NCBI GenBank assembly: GCA_046582735.1
Contig: JAYGDV010000040.1
Coordinates: 1 to 40,360 of the forward strand
DNA from: Planctomycetota bacterium
Lineage (GTDB): Bacteria > Planctomycetota > UBA8108
DNA: 40,360 bases
Reading direction: 5' to 3'
Part shown: positions 27,668 to 35,883 of the stretch, in pieces
How positions within the stretch are numbered: position 1 is the stretch's first letter
Layout of the letters: each line of letters opens with the position of its first letter
Position numbers and translations under genes: made by a program
The notes under the pieces: generated by a model
Seen by the model: only the letters and a program-made list of their open reading frames with translations
What the model was told of the DNA's origin: nothing
Database searches by the model: none

Positions 27668-28174
27668 ATGACAGATAGTCAGGAGAAGAAAACGCCTCCT
27701 TTTCGTGAGATTCTCTCTCCCGCCCAGGAGGATTATATCGAGACCATCTTTAATCTCAATGGTGAGCGGGAGAAGGTTCGCGTAACCGATATAGCAAAGA
27801 GGCTGGGCGTGAGGATGCCCGCGGTAACCCGGGCGGTGCAGGGCCTCGAAAAAATCGGCATGGTCAACAGGGATGAGGTCCACGGCATCCGTCTCACCTC
27901 GATTGCCCGGAAGCTGGCCGGGGCTCTTGTTCATCGCCACATCGACCTGGTTTTTTTTCTCACGGAGGTTCTTGGAGTCGATGAGAACACAGCCGAGTCC
28001 GACACCTGCCAGATGGAACATGGCATCTCTCCGGAGACTGCGCAGAGCCTGCACGAATTCCTCAAGGAATACGCCGGCCTCGATGAAAAGACGCGTCAGC
28101 AGCTGCGCTCCAGCAGCGCGAAGTCGGAGTTCAGTTTCCTTCCCGATGGCAAGGGTTCCGGCTGGCGGGCCTGA
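27668..28174 (+). CDS. DtxR/MntR-family metal-dependent transcriptional regulator
   Basis: ATG 27668 has AGGTGA upstream. The sequence AQEDYIETIFNL...VRVTDIAKRLGVRMPAVTRAVQGLEKIGMV...HRHIDLVFFLTEVLGV...EHGISPE shows the winged-helix plus dimerisation/metal-site pattern of the DtxR family. No SH3-like C-terminal domain is present, so it is MntR-sized. Confidence 0.8.
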   Translation: MTDSQEKKTPPFREILSPAQEDYIETIFNLNGEREKVRVTDIAKRLGVRMPAVTRAVQGLEKIGMVNRDEVHGIRLTSIARKLAGALVHRHIDLVFFLTEVLGVDENTAESDTCQMEHGISPETAQSLHEFLKEYAGLDEKTRQQLRSSSAKSEFSFLPDGKGSGWRA

Positions 28175-28181
28175 GGCCTGT

Positions 28182-30200
28182 TCAACCCTCCAGGAGGGCG
28201 CTGGCTTTTGCGGCCACGTTCTCGGCGGTGAAGCCGAAGTTTTCAGCCAGGTCCTTGATGGGAGCTGATGCTCCGAAGCGGTCGAGGGCGACAACCGTCC
28301 CCTCGCTGCCGATGTAGCGCTCCCAGCCAAAGGAGCAGCCCGCCTCGACAGCCACGCGTGCGGTTACGCTGCGGGGTAGAACGGATTCCCGGTAGTCTGC
28401 ATCCTGAGCTTCGAAAACCTCCCAGCAAGGCATGCTGACCACGCGGGCTCCGGCTCCCTGTTCCTTGAGCAGGGCTGCGGCTCCCCTGGCGGTGGCGACC
28501 TCCGAGCCGGATGCCAGGAGAATGACATCGGGGCCGTTGTCTCCTTCTTCCCGCTCGATCACATACCCGCCTTTTTCAGAGCCCTTGCCGATGACCGTGT
28601 TGTCATAGATCGGCAGTCCCTGTCTTGACAGGAGAATGGCGCTGGGGCCGCTGCGGTGTTCCAGGCAGAGAGCCCATGCCATTGCAGTTTCATTGGCATC
28701 TGCAGGCCGAAAGACGCGAAGATTCGGGATCGCGCGAAGGGCGGCCAGGTGTTCGACCGGCTGGTGGGTAGGACCATCTTCCCCAAGGAAAATGCTGTCA
28801 TGGGTCCAGATATAGATTACGGGCTGTTTCATCAGTGCCGCGAGCCTGACACTGGGTCTCATGTAGTCGCTGAAGACCAGGAAGGTACCGCCGTAGGGGC
28901 GGATGCCGCCATGCAGGACCATTCCGTTCATCATTGCCCCCATGGCATGTTCCCTGATGCCGAAATGCATATTCCGACCATCCATCTTCGTGCCCTGGAT
29001 GGATTCCTGGCCTGAGACCATCGTATTGTTCGAAGGTGCCAGGTCTGCCGAGCCGCCGATCAGCTCCGGGATCGCCTCGGCGATCGCGTTGATGACCTTT
29101 CCGGAGGCGGATCGTGTGGCGAGGCTGCCTTCGGAGCTCTCGAAAACAGGAAGCTTCTCTCGCAGCCCTGCCGGCATCTCGCCGGCCTGCATCCGATCCC
29201 ATTCCGCAGCCAGCTCGGGGTTTTTCTCACGGTAATCCGCCAGCAATTCGTTCCAGGCAGCGTGTTTTTCAGCTCCGCTATTACCCGGCTCAAGGAAAAG
29301 CGGCCTGACCTCATCGGGAACGGTGCATTCAGGATGATCCCAGCCGAGTGCCTCACGCGTCAGTCCGCATTCTTCTTCGCCGAGGGGTGATCCGTGAACA
29401 CCCGAGGTTCCGGCCTTGTTGGGACTGCCGAATCCGATGGTGGTCGTGGCAATAACGATGCTGGGCCTGGAGGTTTCCCCGCGGGCAGCCTCAAGGGCCC
29501 CGGCAATAGCCTGGCGGTCGTGCCCGTCGATCTGCTGAACATGCCAGCCATAGCTCGCAAAACGGCCTGCGGTATCTTCACTGCTGGCGAGGTCGGTACC
29601 GCCCTCGATGGTGATAGCGTTGCTGTCAAACAAGTAGACAAGTTTCCCGAGACTGAGATGCCCGGCGAGGGATGCGGCCTCGTGGGAGATTCCTTCCATC
29701 AGGTCTCCATCGCTGACGAGGGCATAGGTAAAGTGGTCAACCAGCGTATGTTCAGGTGTGTTGAAGCGGGCAGCCAGAAGACGTTCCGCGAGGGCGAGGC
29801 CGACGGCATTTGCGGTTCCCTGTCCCAGGGGGCCTGTCGTTGTTTCAATACCCGGAGTATCGCCGTATTCGGGGTGTCCCGGGGTCATCGAGCCCCACTG
29901 CCTGAAATTTTTCAATTCCTCCAGGGGGATCTCGTAACCACAGAGATGGAGCATGGAGTAGATCAGCATGGAGCCATGTCCGGCTGAGAGTACGAAACGG
30001 TCCCGATCAGGCCAACCAGGGTCCTTGGGGTCAAACTTGAGGCTGTTGGTAAACAGGGTATAGGCCAGGTCTGCACACCCCATAGGGAGACCGGGATGGC
30101 CTGAATTGGCTCTCTGAACGCATTCGAATGAGAGGACCCTGATGGTATTTACGGCCAGGTCTTCAAGGGCCGAGTTGTCTGCCGTGTTCGTTTCTGACAT
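28182..30200 (-). CDS. tkt: Transketolase
   Basis: [28 protein letters not shown] and [21 protein letters not shown] are ThDP-binding motifs, and the product is a full-length 672 aa. ATG 30200 (MSETNT...) has GGAAGG 4 nt upstream; the track start 30224 adds 8 residues. Confidence 0.9.
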   Translation of the reverse strand: MSETNTADNSALEDLAVNTIRVLSFECVQRANSGHPGLPMGCADLAYTLFTNSLKFDPKDPGWPDRDRFVLSAGHGSMLIYSMLHLCGYEIPLEELKNFRQWGSMTPGHPEYGDTPGIETTTGPLGQGTANAVGLALAERLLAARFNTPEHTLVDHFTYALVSDGDLMEGISHEAASLAGHLSLGKLVYLFDSNAITIEGGTDLASSEDTAGRFASYGWHVQQIDGHDRQAIAGALEAARGETSRPSIVIATTTIGFGSPNKAGTSGVHGSPLGEEECGLTREALGWDHPECTVPDEVRPLFLEPGNSGAEKHAAWNELLADYREKNPELAAEWDRMQAGEMPAGLREKLPVFESSEGSLATRSASGKVINAIAEAIPELIGGSADLAPSNNTMVSGQESIQGTKMDGRNMHFGIREHAMGAMMNGMVLHGGIRPYGGTFLVFSDYMRPSVRLAALMKQPVIYIWTHDSIFLGEDGPTHQPVEHLAALRAIPNLRVFRPADANETAMAWALCLEHRSGPSAILLSRQGLPIYDNTVIGKGSEKGGYVIEREEGDNGPDVILLASGSEVATARGAAALLKEQGAGARVVSMPCWEVFEAQDADYRESVLPRSVTARVAVEAGCSFGWERYIGSEGTVVALDRFGASAPIKDLAENFGFTAENVAAKASALLEG

Positions 30201-30382
30201 GGTGCCTTCCGGAATAATCTGCACATTGAGTTAAACGGCGCATCCTAAGCAGGCATGGGTAGTTCGATCAATAGAAAACCAATAAGGGGTGAGAAGAGCA
30301 TCTTCTTCGCTAATCGGTGTTTTCGGGGTGATGGGCACGAAGATTGCTATGTTTTTGGTTGGCAGCTTAACTGCCGTCTTGA

Positions 30383-30411
30383 TTTACAAGCCCCCTGAGA
30401 ACGATTAGAAT
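30383..30411 (+). promoter_or_regulatory. Strong sigma70-like promoter candidate for the amidohydrolase-module array
   Basis: TTTACA (30383..30388), an exact 17-nt spacer, then TAGAAT (30406..30411). It lies in the largest and AT-richest intergenic region of the window (30201..30593). Confidence 0.45.
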
Positions 30412-30593
30412 GATCCGTTAACGAGTATCGAGGAGTCTTTTATTGGTGGGCTCACCAGGGCCTTCACCTTTATTTGCCTGAATAAGCCGTGACCTATTTC
30501 TTCAGCGCTTTTAGCAGCGTGGACTTATTTCTACGTACACGATTGCGCAAAAACACAATACTGCAGGGAGAGTGTCCCATTGAGGGGAGAGGC

Positions 30594-33500
30594 TTGCAGC
30601 CTTTCTCCCTTCGCCGGATTTTATTCCTCGCTGCCTGCTGCCTGCTGCCGGCTGTTTTGGCCGCGGCGGATCTCGCCATCACCTCGGCGACGGTACATGT
30701 GGGCAATGGAGAGGTGATCCAGGATGGTACCGTGTTGGTTTCGGGGGGGCAGATCACTGCAGTCGGCGGCAAAGGTGACGTGGAAATACCTCCAGGTGTG
30801 CAGCGGATCGATGCGAAAGGGCTTCACCTCATCCCGGGGATGATCGACCTGCGCAGCCTTGAACTGGTACCGGAATCCACCGCGCCCTTCGGTGTTAATT
30901 CCCGAATAGCGGTTATCGATGGACTCGATTTCTTTGAAAGGTGGGGGCCTGTCCGTGATGAAGGCGTGACGACTGTTGCCGTCAGCGGTGCGGGTGGAAG
31001 CACCCAGAGCAGTCTTGGCGCTATTCTCAAGCTTCGAAGAAGCGTGGCCGGGCTGGGATCGCTGGAGAGTATGCTGCTGAAGCGGGAGTCCCATATCGTT
31101 CTTTCGCTCGGTATTGCCGGTACCACCTCGACCAGCGCCCACCGTCTCGAACAGTATTACGCACTCCGCCGGCAGATGGTTGCGGCACTTAAATACACTG
31201 AGGCCTGGGAGAAATACTGGAAGGAAGTAGAGAAGTACAACAAGGCGGCCGAGAAATTTAACTCCGGTTTGAAGGCTCCCGGGGCTGCAGGGGAAAAGAA
31301 AAAAGAAGAGAACAAGGACGCCGGAGCGCCCGCGGCGGAGGAAAAGAAGGACCCGAAAGATCCGGCAAAGAAACCAGCCCCCGCAAAGACTGCTCCCAAG
31401 CCGCCCAAGGTCACCAAGCCGCCCAATCCGCCCAAGGTCCCCAAGCCGCCCAAGGTGCCCAAGCGGCCCAAGGTCGATCTGGCCATCGAGGCAATGAGCC
31501 GGGCTTTGAAGGGTGAACTCACCGTGTTCATAGAAGCTCATCGCGCCGACGATGTCCGCTATGCCTTGCGTCTTCATGAGGAGTTCAAGTTTGATTTTAC
31601 TCTCCTGGGAGCCGGACGTGCCGGTCCTGTTGTTAAAGAGCTTGCCTCCTCCGGAATCACTGTTGCGCTGGGGCCTGTTCTGAACACCTCTCATGATCTG
31701 CGCCAGGACACCAGGACGGAACTGCTGGCCGGTGTTTATGGAAAAGCCGGTATTCCCCTGGTGATCAGCTCCGGTGCGGCATCAACTGAGGGCAGCCGCT
31801 ACCTGCGCATGCAGGCCTGTGCGGCAGTACGTGGAGGTCTTGACCCTGAAAAGGCTCTCGAGGCACTTACCCTGCAGCCGGCGAAGAGGCTGGGGTTGGA
31901 AAAGGAAACGGGCTCCATCGAGAAGGGAAAAGCCGCTGACTTGGTTCTGCTGAATGGTCCACCACTGGATATCCGAAGCAGGGTTGTCTCGGTCTTTGTC
32001 GAGGGAGTAGCCGGCGCGGATGCGCCGGTGGCAGCCGGGCAGGTTATCCGCGGCCCGGAGGCAGGATTGAGCTTTGCCCCGGTCGAGGAAAAAGCCGCCG
32101 CGAAGCCCTCTGCCGGCTGCGTTCTCAGGAATGCGCTGGTGATGCGGATTGCTCCCGCTGGAATGGAGGTGATCAGCAAGGCTACGGTTGTCATTCGGAA
32201 CGGAAAAATCGACAAGGTAACTACCGGCCCCGTCAAGGTGGAGGCCGGGTTTGCCGTTTACGATCTCGCCGGACGCTGCCTGCTGCCAGGGTTTATCGAC
32301 GCCCACTCGCATCTCACCCTGAAGGGAGATGTGGACGACCTCGCAGTCGCCTTGAATGATGACCTGCGTGTCATGGACAGCTTTGACCCCTGGGATCGTG
32401 AGATCGGAGTCTTTCTCAGCCGCGGTGTGACCACGGTTGCGCTGAGCCCGGGCAGAAACAACGTGGTCGGCGGCGAGATCAGCATGATCAAGCTCCTGCC
32501 AGGCGGCGTTCCACTCCGCGTTCTGAAGAGAAAAGCGGCTGCAAAGGTATCCCTGGTTCCTAACCTGACCCTGCCGCGATACCCGACCTCGCTCAGTGGT
32601 GCTGCCGATGCATTTGCGCAATGGCTGAAAAACCGCTACGCGGTTGAATCAAAGGGGCTTCGCGTTCCTGTGGTTGCTTATTTCGAAAATATTACGCAGG
32701 TTGAGAGGTCCTTAGCCCTGGCGCGAACCCACAAGGTGGCGATCACTTTTCTCGAAGGAGTCGGGACCGATGGGCGGACATTCGGCAGGCTCCCCGGCGG
32801 CTCCCGGGTGATTCTTGGCCCCTATTCCATAGAGGAGCCTGAGCGGGTTCTTCGAGCTCCGGCGATTCTCGAAGAGAACGGAGTTCCTTTTTCATGGGCG
32901 ACAAGCGGCACCTTGATTGACCCCCTGAGCTCAGCCACGCTGGCCATGGTGTACGGGTTGAGCGAGGCCGGAGCGCTGCGCTCCCTGACTACGCATCCGG
33001 CAGCCCTCTACGGAGTCGATTCCCGGATTGGGAGACTCGAGAAAGGCGCCGATGCAGACCTCGTGGTCTGGGACGGCAACCCGCTGAGCCTGACCGCAGC
33101 GGTTAACATGGTATTTATCGATGGGAAGATCGTCTTCAAGGATGGTGCGAAGGTCGAATCACCGGTCAAGGTGGCCCGGACAGAAGCGGTCCGAGGTGGG
33201 ACGCCCTTACCGGCCATGGTCACAGCAGGCGCCGAGCCCGTTGTGCTGGAGCCGGCTGTTGAGTCAACCATTCTTATCCGGGCCAGGAAGGTCTACACGG
33301 TTTCAGGCGAACCTCTCGAACCCGGGCAGGTCCTGATCCGCTCCGGCAGAATTGTCCAGCTGGGCAAGAGGATAGATATTGATAAGACCACCCCCGGACT
33401 GATGGTCATTGATGTTCCCGGTTCACTTTGTCCCGGCCTGATCGACGGAGGATCCGGGATGGGGATTGACGGGCGTCGTGCCGATGAGTTCAGAGAGATG

Positions 33501-34511
33501 ACACCCGTCCTGCCAGTCCTTCTCGGGGCTGATCTCGACGCTATTGAACGCCGCAGAGCCCTGCAGAGCGGCGTGACGGCGGCCGCGATCACCCCTGGTG
33601 ACCGGAATGTAATCGGTGGTCTCGCAGCTGTAATCAAGACGCATGGAGACAATCTCTCCGAGGCAGTTCTGAACGGAGCATCTTCTCTCTCCATGTGCCT
33701 GACTCAAATGGCGAGCTCCGGCAACAGGACCCTGCGGTCCGGCCGTCCGAGCACCTACCTGTACCGGATTCCCACAACCAGGATGGGAACCGTCTTCCTC
33801 GCTCGCAGAGCGCTGCTTGAATCTGTCCCCGGTGGCTGGGATAGCAGCCACGCAGTGGGGGATCTGAAAGATATGCTGACGACTTCCGAGCGGCGGGTCG
33901 TTCGCGAGGTCCTCGCCGGCAAGAGAACCCTCAGGATCAGGGCCCAGGCCCGCTACGAGATCTTGACGGCGCTGAGGATCGCGGGCGAATTCGGCCTCCA
34001 GGTCCAGATCGAGGGCGGCAGGGAGGCGATTCACCTGGTCAGCCTCCTGAAGGAAAAGAAGGCCTCCGTGTTCCTGGCTGCAAATGAAAGATGGTCCGGT
34101 CGCGAGCTGGAGGCGAACCTGAACTTGAGTGCCCGGCTTCCTGCCGAGCTCCACAAGGCAGGAGTTCCTTTCGCTTTTTATTCGGACTCCGCCTCTGCTG
34201 TTGCGGGATTGCGCGACAGGGTCACCTGGTGTGTTCGCCGGGGCCTTCCAGAATCGGCGGCACTCGAGGCACTCACCCTGGGGGCGGCGCGTATGCTCGG
34301 AGTGAGCAATCGGATCGGCAGTATTGAACCCGGGAAAGACGCCGATCTTGTTGCCTTCGGAGGTTCTCCCTTCGATACCAGGTCGGCAGTGCTCTGGGTC
34401 ATGGTTGACGGCAAGCTTGTTGCGGACCCGTTCCAGGGAGAGAAGCCGGTGGAGCGTCCCCGTGCAAAGATCAATAAACGAAGATCACTGGTCCCCCAGG
34501 GGGACTTCTGA
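30594..34511 (+). CDS. Exported three-module amidohydrolase-fold fusion protein (modules A1-A3); Pro/Lys-rich repeat inserted in module 1
   Basis: The longest ORF starts at GTG 30489. An in-frame TTG at 30594, preceded by GAGGGGAGAGG, gives the signal peptide (M)QPFSLRRILFLAACCLLPAVLAAAD. The unit [beta-sandwich ...G.I..VG...IDA.G..L.PG.ID...] ... [G.T....PG..N..GG....K] ... [G(S/R)(I/L)E.GK.ADLV...G.P] occurs three times. Only module 2 has the HxH motif (FIDAHSH). Confidence 0.8.
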   Translation: MQPFSLRRILFLAACCLLPAVLAAADLAITSATVHVGNGEVIQDGTVLVSGGQITAVGGKGDVEIPPGVQRIDAKGLHLIPGMIDLRSLELVPESTAPFGVNSRIAVIDGLDFFERWGPVRDEGVTTVAVSGAGGSTQSSLGAILKLRRSVAGLGSLESMLLKRESHIVLSLGIAGTTSTSAHRLEQYYALRRQMVAALKYTEAWEKYWKEVEKYNKAAEKFNSGLKAPGAAGEKKKEENKDAGAPAAEEKKDPKDPAKKPAPAKTAPKPPKVTKPPNPPKVPKPPKVPKRPKVDLAIEAMSRALKGELTVFIEAHRADDVRYALRLHEEFKFDFTLLGAGRAGPVVKELASSGITVALGPVLNTSHDLRQDTRTELLAGVYGKAGIPLVISSGAASTEGSRYLRMQACAAVRGGLDPEKALEALTLQPAKRLGLEKETGSIEKGKAADLVLLNGPPLDIRSRVVSVFVEGVAGADAPVAAGQVIRGPEAGLSFAPVEEKAAAKPSAGCVLRNALVMRIAPAGMEVISKATVVIRNGKIDKVTTGPVKVEAGFAVYDLAGRCLLPGFIDAHSHLTLKGDVDDLAVALNDDLRVMDSFDPWDREIGVFLSRGVTTVALSPGRNNVVGGEISMIKLLPGGVPLRVLKRKAAAKVSLVPNLTLPRYPTSLSGAADAFAQWLKNRYAVESKGLRVPVVAYFENITQVERSLALARTHKVAITFLEGVGTDGRTFGRLPGGSRVILGPYSIEEPERVLRAPAILEENGVPFSWATSGTLIDPLSSATLAMVYGLSEAGALRSLTTHPAALYGVDSRIGRLEKGADADLVVWDGNPLSLTAAVNMVFIDGKIVFKDGAKVESPVKVARTEAVRGGTPLPAMVTAGAEPVVLEPAVESTILIRARKVYTVSGEPLEPGQVLIRSGRIVQLGKRIDIDKTTPGLMVIDVPGSLCPGLIDGGSGMGIDGRRADEFREMTPVLPVLLGADLDAIERRRALQSGVTAAAITPGDRNVIGGLAAVIKTHGDNLSEAVLNGASSLSMCLTQMASSGNRTLRSGRPSTYLYRIPTTRMGTVFLARRALLESVPGGWDSSHAVGDLKDMLTTSERRVVREVLAGKRTLRIRAQARYEILTALRIAGEFGLQVQIEGGREAIHLVSLLKEKKASVFLAANERWSGRELEANLNLSARLPAELHKAGVPFAFYSDSASAVAGLRDRVTWCVRRGLPESAALEALTLGAARMLGVSNRIGSIEPGKDADLVAFGGSPFDTRSAVLWVMVDGKLVADPFQGEKPVERPRAKINKRRSLVPQGDF
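31395..31474 (+). repeat. In-frame 9-nt periodic Pro-Lys repeat (PKPPKV-type)
   Basis: Reads APKPPKVTKPPNPPKVPKPPKVPKRPKV. The DNA consists of CCGCCCAAG / GTSCCCAAG units. Confidence 0.85.
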
Positions 34512-34532
34512 AACAGGACTACAGGATAAGAT

Positions 34533-35864
34533 ATGAATTCCATTACCCCGATCTTGATTCTAACCGCCAGCCTTGCCGTGGCATCCGACGAGGTTGTCGT
34601 GCTTAAGGTCGGCCGGGCGATCACCGCCGCCGGCAAGGATATTGAAAAAGCCACCATCGTCCTGGAGGGAGGGCGCATCAAGTCCATCGGGACCGATGCC
34701 GAGACTCCCCGTACAGCCCGGGTTGTAGAAATGCCCCGGGCGGTGGCGATGCCGGGAATAGTCGATGTTCACAGCGTCAACGGGCTGAGGGTGTCCAACG
34801 AGCGCCTGGCGAATGTGCCCTATGTAACGGTGCTCGACGGAATAGACCCGTCATCTCCGGGACTGGAGAATGCGCGCCGCCATGGGGTTACGACTGTTCA
34901 TTGTATCCCCGGAAATGTAACCCGGTTTGGTGGGCAGGGAGCAGTGATCCGCACCAGCGGCAGGACCGTTGATGAGCTTGTCGTGAAATCTCCTTCGGCC
35001 ATGAAAATGTCTCTCCAGCCTGCTGCCGGTGAGAACCGGATGGGGAACATCGCCGCCCTCAGGAAGAGCTTTTATGATTTTTACACCCGGATGAAGGCTC
35101 TGCAGGACCCCGGTGGTAAAGCTCCGCTGGTGAAGAAAAAGAAGCTTTCGCTCACCGACCTGGTGAAGTCCCGTCCGAACTGGGATGAGATCGACTGGAA
35201 GAAGATTCCCGATGACAAGGTCTCGGAGCGGGAGAAGCCCATGCGTGACCTGGTACAGGGCAAGCTCAGGGCCTTTATCAACTGTCCGACTGCTTCGGAT
35301 GTATTCAAGGCGTTCGAGCTGATCGACACCCACCACCTGGACGCGACGCTTGTTCTCGGCCCGGATGCCTGGAAGCTCGGTAAGGTCCTGGCCGCGCGCA
35401 AGAACCTGGGACCGGTGGTTCTCAATCCCCTGCTCGAGGTCTGGGAGCGTGATCCCGGCACCGGCGGGGAAAAGCGCCAGCTCACTCCTGTGCTGCTGCA
35501 CAAGGCCGGCATCTCCTTCGCCTTACAGGTAGTGACCGACTCCAGTTTCAATTCGGGCCCTTCTTTCGGGCGCAGCGGACCCTATCACCACTGGTACCAG
35601 GCCGCCCGGCTGGTTCAATACGGTCTGCCCCGGGCTGAGGCAATCGAGACGATTACGATCACACCCGCGAAGATCCTCGGCCTTGACCATCGGATTGGTT
35701 CGCTGGAGGCCGGCAAGGATGCGAACATCGCCATCTTCTCAGGTGATCCGCTTGATGCCCGGAGCTGGGTTGAGAGAGTCTTCATCGAGGGCCGCGAGGT
35801 TTATAACCGCAGCAAGGACCGTGACCTCGAGCTGTTGTTGAAGGATCCGGAGAGGTCGTTCTGA
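34533..35864 (+). CDS. Exported single-module amidohydrolase-fold protein (module B), HxH half-degenerate
   Basis: Starts 21 nt after the previous stop. Signal peptide: MNSITPILILTASLAVAS. Reads PGIVDVHSVNG (second His replaced by Val), GVTTVHCIPGNVTRFGGQGAVIRT, and GSLEAGKDANIAIFSGDPLD. Confidence 0.8.
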   Translation: MNSITPILILTASLAVASDEVVVLKVGRAITAAGKDIEKATIVLEGGRIKSIGTDAETPRTARVVEMPRAVAMPGIVDVHSVNGLRVSNERLANVPYVTVLDGIDPSSPGLENARRHGVTTVHCIPGNVTRFGGQGAVIRTSGRTVDELVVKSPSAMKMSLQPAAGENRMGNIAALRKSFYDFYTRMKALQDPGGKAPLVKKKKLSLTDLVKSRPNWDEIDWKKIPDDKVSEREKPMRDLVQGKLRAFINCPTASDVFKAFELIDTHHLDATLVLGPDAWKLGKVLAARKNLGPVVLNPLLEVWERDPGTGGEKRQLTPVLLHKAGISFALQVVTDSSFNSGPSFGRSGPYHHWYQAARLVQYGLPRAEAIETITITPAKILGLDHRIGSLEAGKDANIAIFSGDPLDARSWVERVFIEGREVYNRSKDRDLELLLKDPERSF

Positions 35865-35883
35865 GGCGTTTGCCCAGGCCGTC

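Noticed and set aside
30255-30275. GGTAGTTCGATC resembling a tRNA T-arm/T-loop (GTTCGA) in the tkt upstream region
   Set aside because: There is no complementary T-stem 3' half (CTACC is absent). No acceptor, D or anticodon arms can be drawn on either strand.
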